Part shown: positions 35,801 to 38,146 of the stretch, piece after piece
Numbering within the stretch: position 1 is the stretch's first letter
Layout: the number at the start of each line of letters is the position of its first letter
Origin: Chthonomonadales bacterium
GTDB lineage: Bacteria > Armatimonadota > Chthonomonadetes > Chthonomonadales > Chthonomonadaceae
Assembly: GCA_038217285.1 (NCBI GenBank)
Contig: JBBQPO010000019.1
Span: 1-38,146 of the forward strand
Length of the DNA stretch: 38,146 bases
Direction: 5' to 3'
The notes under the pieces: generated by a model
What the model was told of the DNA's origin: nothing
The model's input: the letters and a program-made list of their open reading frames with translations, nothing else
Databases searched by the model: none
Translations under genes and position numbers: made by a program

Positions 35801-36739
35801 CTAATCCTTCGTGCCTGAGCCGGCGGAGGAAGGACCGCTGGCACCGCCGGGACCGCCGGGCGGTCTGCTACCACTGAAGCCGCCGCCGAAGCCGCCAGGG
35901 GCGGCCGCCGGGGCTCCGCCGCCGTTCCACGCCGGAGTGAGCATACCCTCTGCGAGCGGTTTTTTCAGGGTGACAGCCGCACTGAAATTGATGCCAGGCC
36001 GGCCTTCGATCATTCCGGGACCGACGGCGTCTTTACCACCACCGCCGCCGCCCTTGCCGCCCGGTCCACCGAAGCCACCACCGCCTCCACCGCTGGAGGG
36101 GCCACCGCCGCCGCCGCCGGATCCAGGAAAGCCAGCCATCCCACCGGCAGCGGGGCCGGGGCCACCACTGCCGCCGGAGAAACCGCCGCCGAAGCCTCCG
36201 GCCCCGCCATTGGCGCTACCCTTGGGAGGATAGGGATGTGCAGGCAGGCTGAAGGAGACATTCTCGAAAGGCAGGGCGGCGTCCGGGCCAGCATAGTTGT
36301 TCCGGAGATACATCCACCACTTGACAATGTCCTCTTCGTTTTTGGCGAAGCCGGTAAAATTCACCGTTTTACGGTCTGTCGTGAAGGCCATGCTCTTCAG
36401 AAGAATGTTGTCGACCGTGACGTCGCGCATGGTCTCGAAGGCGGCGGGCCAGGAGTCGTTGTACTTCTGAGCGTTGGTGATGAAGGTCTGACGCGCTTCG
36501 ATGTCAGCGCGGCGTTTCTTCTCCTCGTTGATTTTGGACTCGACACCTTCGAACTTGGTGCGATACTCCACAGCCGTGGCTTCCAGTTTTTTCTGGTCGT
36601 CGAGCTGCTTGTTAAGTTGTACGAACCAGACTAGAAAGATGCCCAGCGCCGCCGCCACGAGGGCGGCCCAGAAAACGGCGAGCTTGACTTTCTTCTGTTT
36701 GTCGTAAATATAGGGCGGCAGCAGGTTGATGCGTAGCAT
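35801..36739 (-). CDS. pilN: Type IV pilus assembly protein PilN
   Basis: N-terminal INLLP PilM-binding motif, TM, coiled coil, V.FTG.A domain. Confidence 0.82.
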   Translation of the reverse strand: MLRINLLPPYIYDKQKKVKLAVFWAALVAAALGIFLVWFVQLNKQLDDQKKLEATAVEYRTKFEGVESKINEEKKRRADIEARQTFITNAQKYNDSWPAAFETMRDVTVDNILLKSMAFTTDRKTVNFTGFAKNEEDIVKWWMYLRNNYAGPDAALPFENVSFSLPAHPYPPKGSANGGAGGFGGGFSGGSGGPGPAAGGMAGFPGSGGGGGGPSSGGGGGGFGGPGGKGGGGGGKDAVGPGMIEGRPGINFSAAVTLKKPLAEGMLTPAWNGGGAPAAAPGGFGGGFSGSRPPGGPGGASGPSSAGSGTKD

Positions 36740-36818
36740 CGGCGTCGTCTCCCTCGTAGCGGGAATGCTGGGCGTCAGGTCGGCCGCAAAGCTGCCGACC
36801 TTTCCGCGCATTCCGGCT

Positions 36819-38146
36819 TCATTTCTTTTGCTTTTTGGCGGCGGTCGGCACGAAGATCAGTTCGCGTGCTCCCAGCCCGATGCTGATTGGAAACAGTGAG
36901 GCGACCTCTTCCAGATGCTCCCGCGTGTAGTTGCGAGCGGTGACCTGAACATTCTGAAGGGGGTCGGCGACGCGGGTGGGAATGCCGAGTTCCTGCTCCA
37001 GAAAGGGCGCAAGGTTCTTTAGCCGGGCGGTTCCACCGATGAGCAGGATCTCATGAATCTGGGCGTCCTGCGCTCGTCCGCGATAGTAGTCCAGCGAGCG
37101 GCGAAGCTCCTGCGAAATCTCAGCCAGGATCGGGGCCATGGCGTTGAAGACGTTGATCCGCAACTGTTCCCGATAGGGGTCGGAAGGCGCGGCGCCGACG
37201 GTCATCGGCAGATCCGAACCAGGCGCAGGATGCGCCGGGGCCGCGAACGGGTCGGGGGCAGGCTGAAACCCCTGCGCCGGCTCTCCCGGCGTCTCATAGG
37301 GTGTGGGCGCGGGGGTATAGAACTCCGGCTGCCCGAAAGTCGGAGAGGCGACGGGCTGCTCTTCCGCGCCCGGTGTGGCGAAGTCGAAAGGCATGCGTCC
37401 CGAAGGCGAGTTGGCGGGCGCTTCCGCATGCGGAGGCGTAGTCGAGGAGTCGATACCGCCACCAAAAATCGCGCCGCCCGGCTGAAAGAACGGTGACGGA
37501 GCCGCTTCCGATTGGGGAGCAGGCTCGGGTGCGCCCGGCACACCGAAATCGTAAAATCCGCCGAAGCCCGCATCGGGCGCGCCGTACTGCTGCGCGGCGG
37601 CCTGCTGGCCGAGAATCACCTCTCCCACATCGCACTTATACTGTTCGGCGGTCGCATTGTCCACCTGCAGCATGTCCCCGATCGCGCGGGTCAGCGCGTC
37701 ACCGCCGAGCGGCAGGGTGCGCGGGAAGGTCAGCAGTTTGTCGCGGAAGATACCGACATCGGTGTTGGACGCGCCGATATTGACGATGGCCACGGTATGA
37801 CCGAGCTGTTGCGCCAGTTGCGGCCCGAGATCGAGCAGGGTCCGTCCGGCGGCCAGCGGTTCGACATCGATCGCTTTCGGCTTCAGGCCGGCGGCGAACA
37901 GCATCTCGACATGACGATCTACCATGTCCTGCTGCGCCACCGCCAGGAGCACATCCATGTTCTGGCCCTCGGCATAGCCCTCCGGTCGATCAATCGTCTG
38001 ATAGTCCATGATGACTTCGTTGGCGGCGAACGGCACCTGCCGCTCGACCTCGTACTTCATCATCTCTGCGAGTTCGCCGGGGCTCATCTGCGGCACGTCG
38101 ATGACGCGCACGACGACGGCCGACTGCCCGCCAACGGAACTGACAC
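36819..38146 (-). CDS. pilM: Type IV pilus assembly protein PilM (5' end outside window)
   Basis: E..VPF..V.MDYQ, AGLKP..IDVEPLA, NIGA..TD, AE.YK, ELRRSLDYY, GG.A.L, IGLG.R. Confidence 0.92.
   Translation of the reverse strand, partial: VSSVGGQSAVVVRVIDVPQMSPGELAEMMKYEVERQVPFAANEVIMDYQTIDRPEGYAEGQNMDVLLAVAQQDMVDRHVEMLFAAGLKPKAIDVEPLAAGRTLLDLGPQLAQQLGHTVAIVNIGASNTDVGIFRDKLLTFPRTLPLGGDALTRAIGDMLQVDNATAEQYKCDVGEVILGQQAAAQQYGAPDAGFGGFYDFGVPGAPEPAPQSEAAPSPFFQPGGAIFGGGIDSSTTPPHAEAPANSPSGRMPFDFATPGAEEQPVASPTFGQPEFYTPAPTPYETPGEPAQGFQPAPDPFAAPAHPAPGSDLPMTVGAAPSDPYREQLRINVFNAMAPILAEISQELRRSLDYYRGRAQDAQIHEILLIGGTARLKNLAPFLEQELGIPTRVADPLQNVQVTARNYTREHLEEVASLFPISIGLGARELIFVPTAAKKQKK

Overview
38 kb of GC-rich bacterial chromosome. 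Gene content and style suggest an Armatimonadota-like diderm, which is an inference. The left part (1-16 kb) is accessory-rich: two tandem exported paralogues, xerD, a decayed ester-cyclase fragment, and an adenylate cyclase-STAND-TPR gene followed by a lower-GC orphan partner. A TnpB-only IS200/IS605 element (7318-8593; both ends, the CCAC target motif and the guide are readable from sequence) sits 43 bp upstream of the cyclase. Next come TfoX-N, GH16, an esterase, and an ApbE/FGE-fold/Gfo-Idh-MocA/TIM-barrel module interrupted by REP-like hairpins and an AT-rich orphan ORF. The right part (16-38 kb) is all on the minus strand and more core-like. In transcription order it is pilM-N-O-P-like, a truncated secretin paralogue, secretin, aroK, aroB, an atypical PASTA kinase, rpe, ribD, a DUF3857-transglutaminase, an S9 peptidase, a heptose kinase domain, and an ECF sigma/anti-sigma/membrane protein unit. 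No rRNA, tRNA or CRISPR array was seen. All family assignments come from motif recognition, not database searches.
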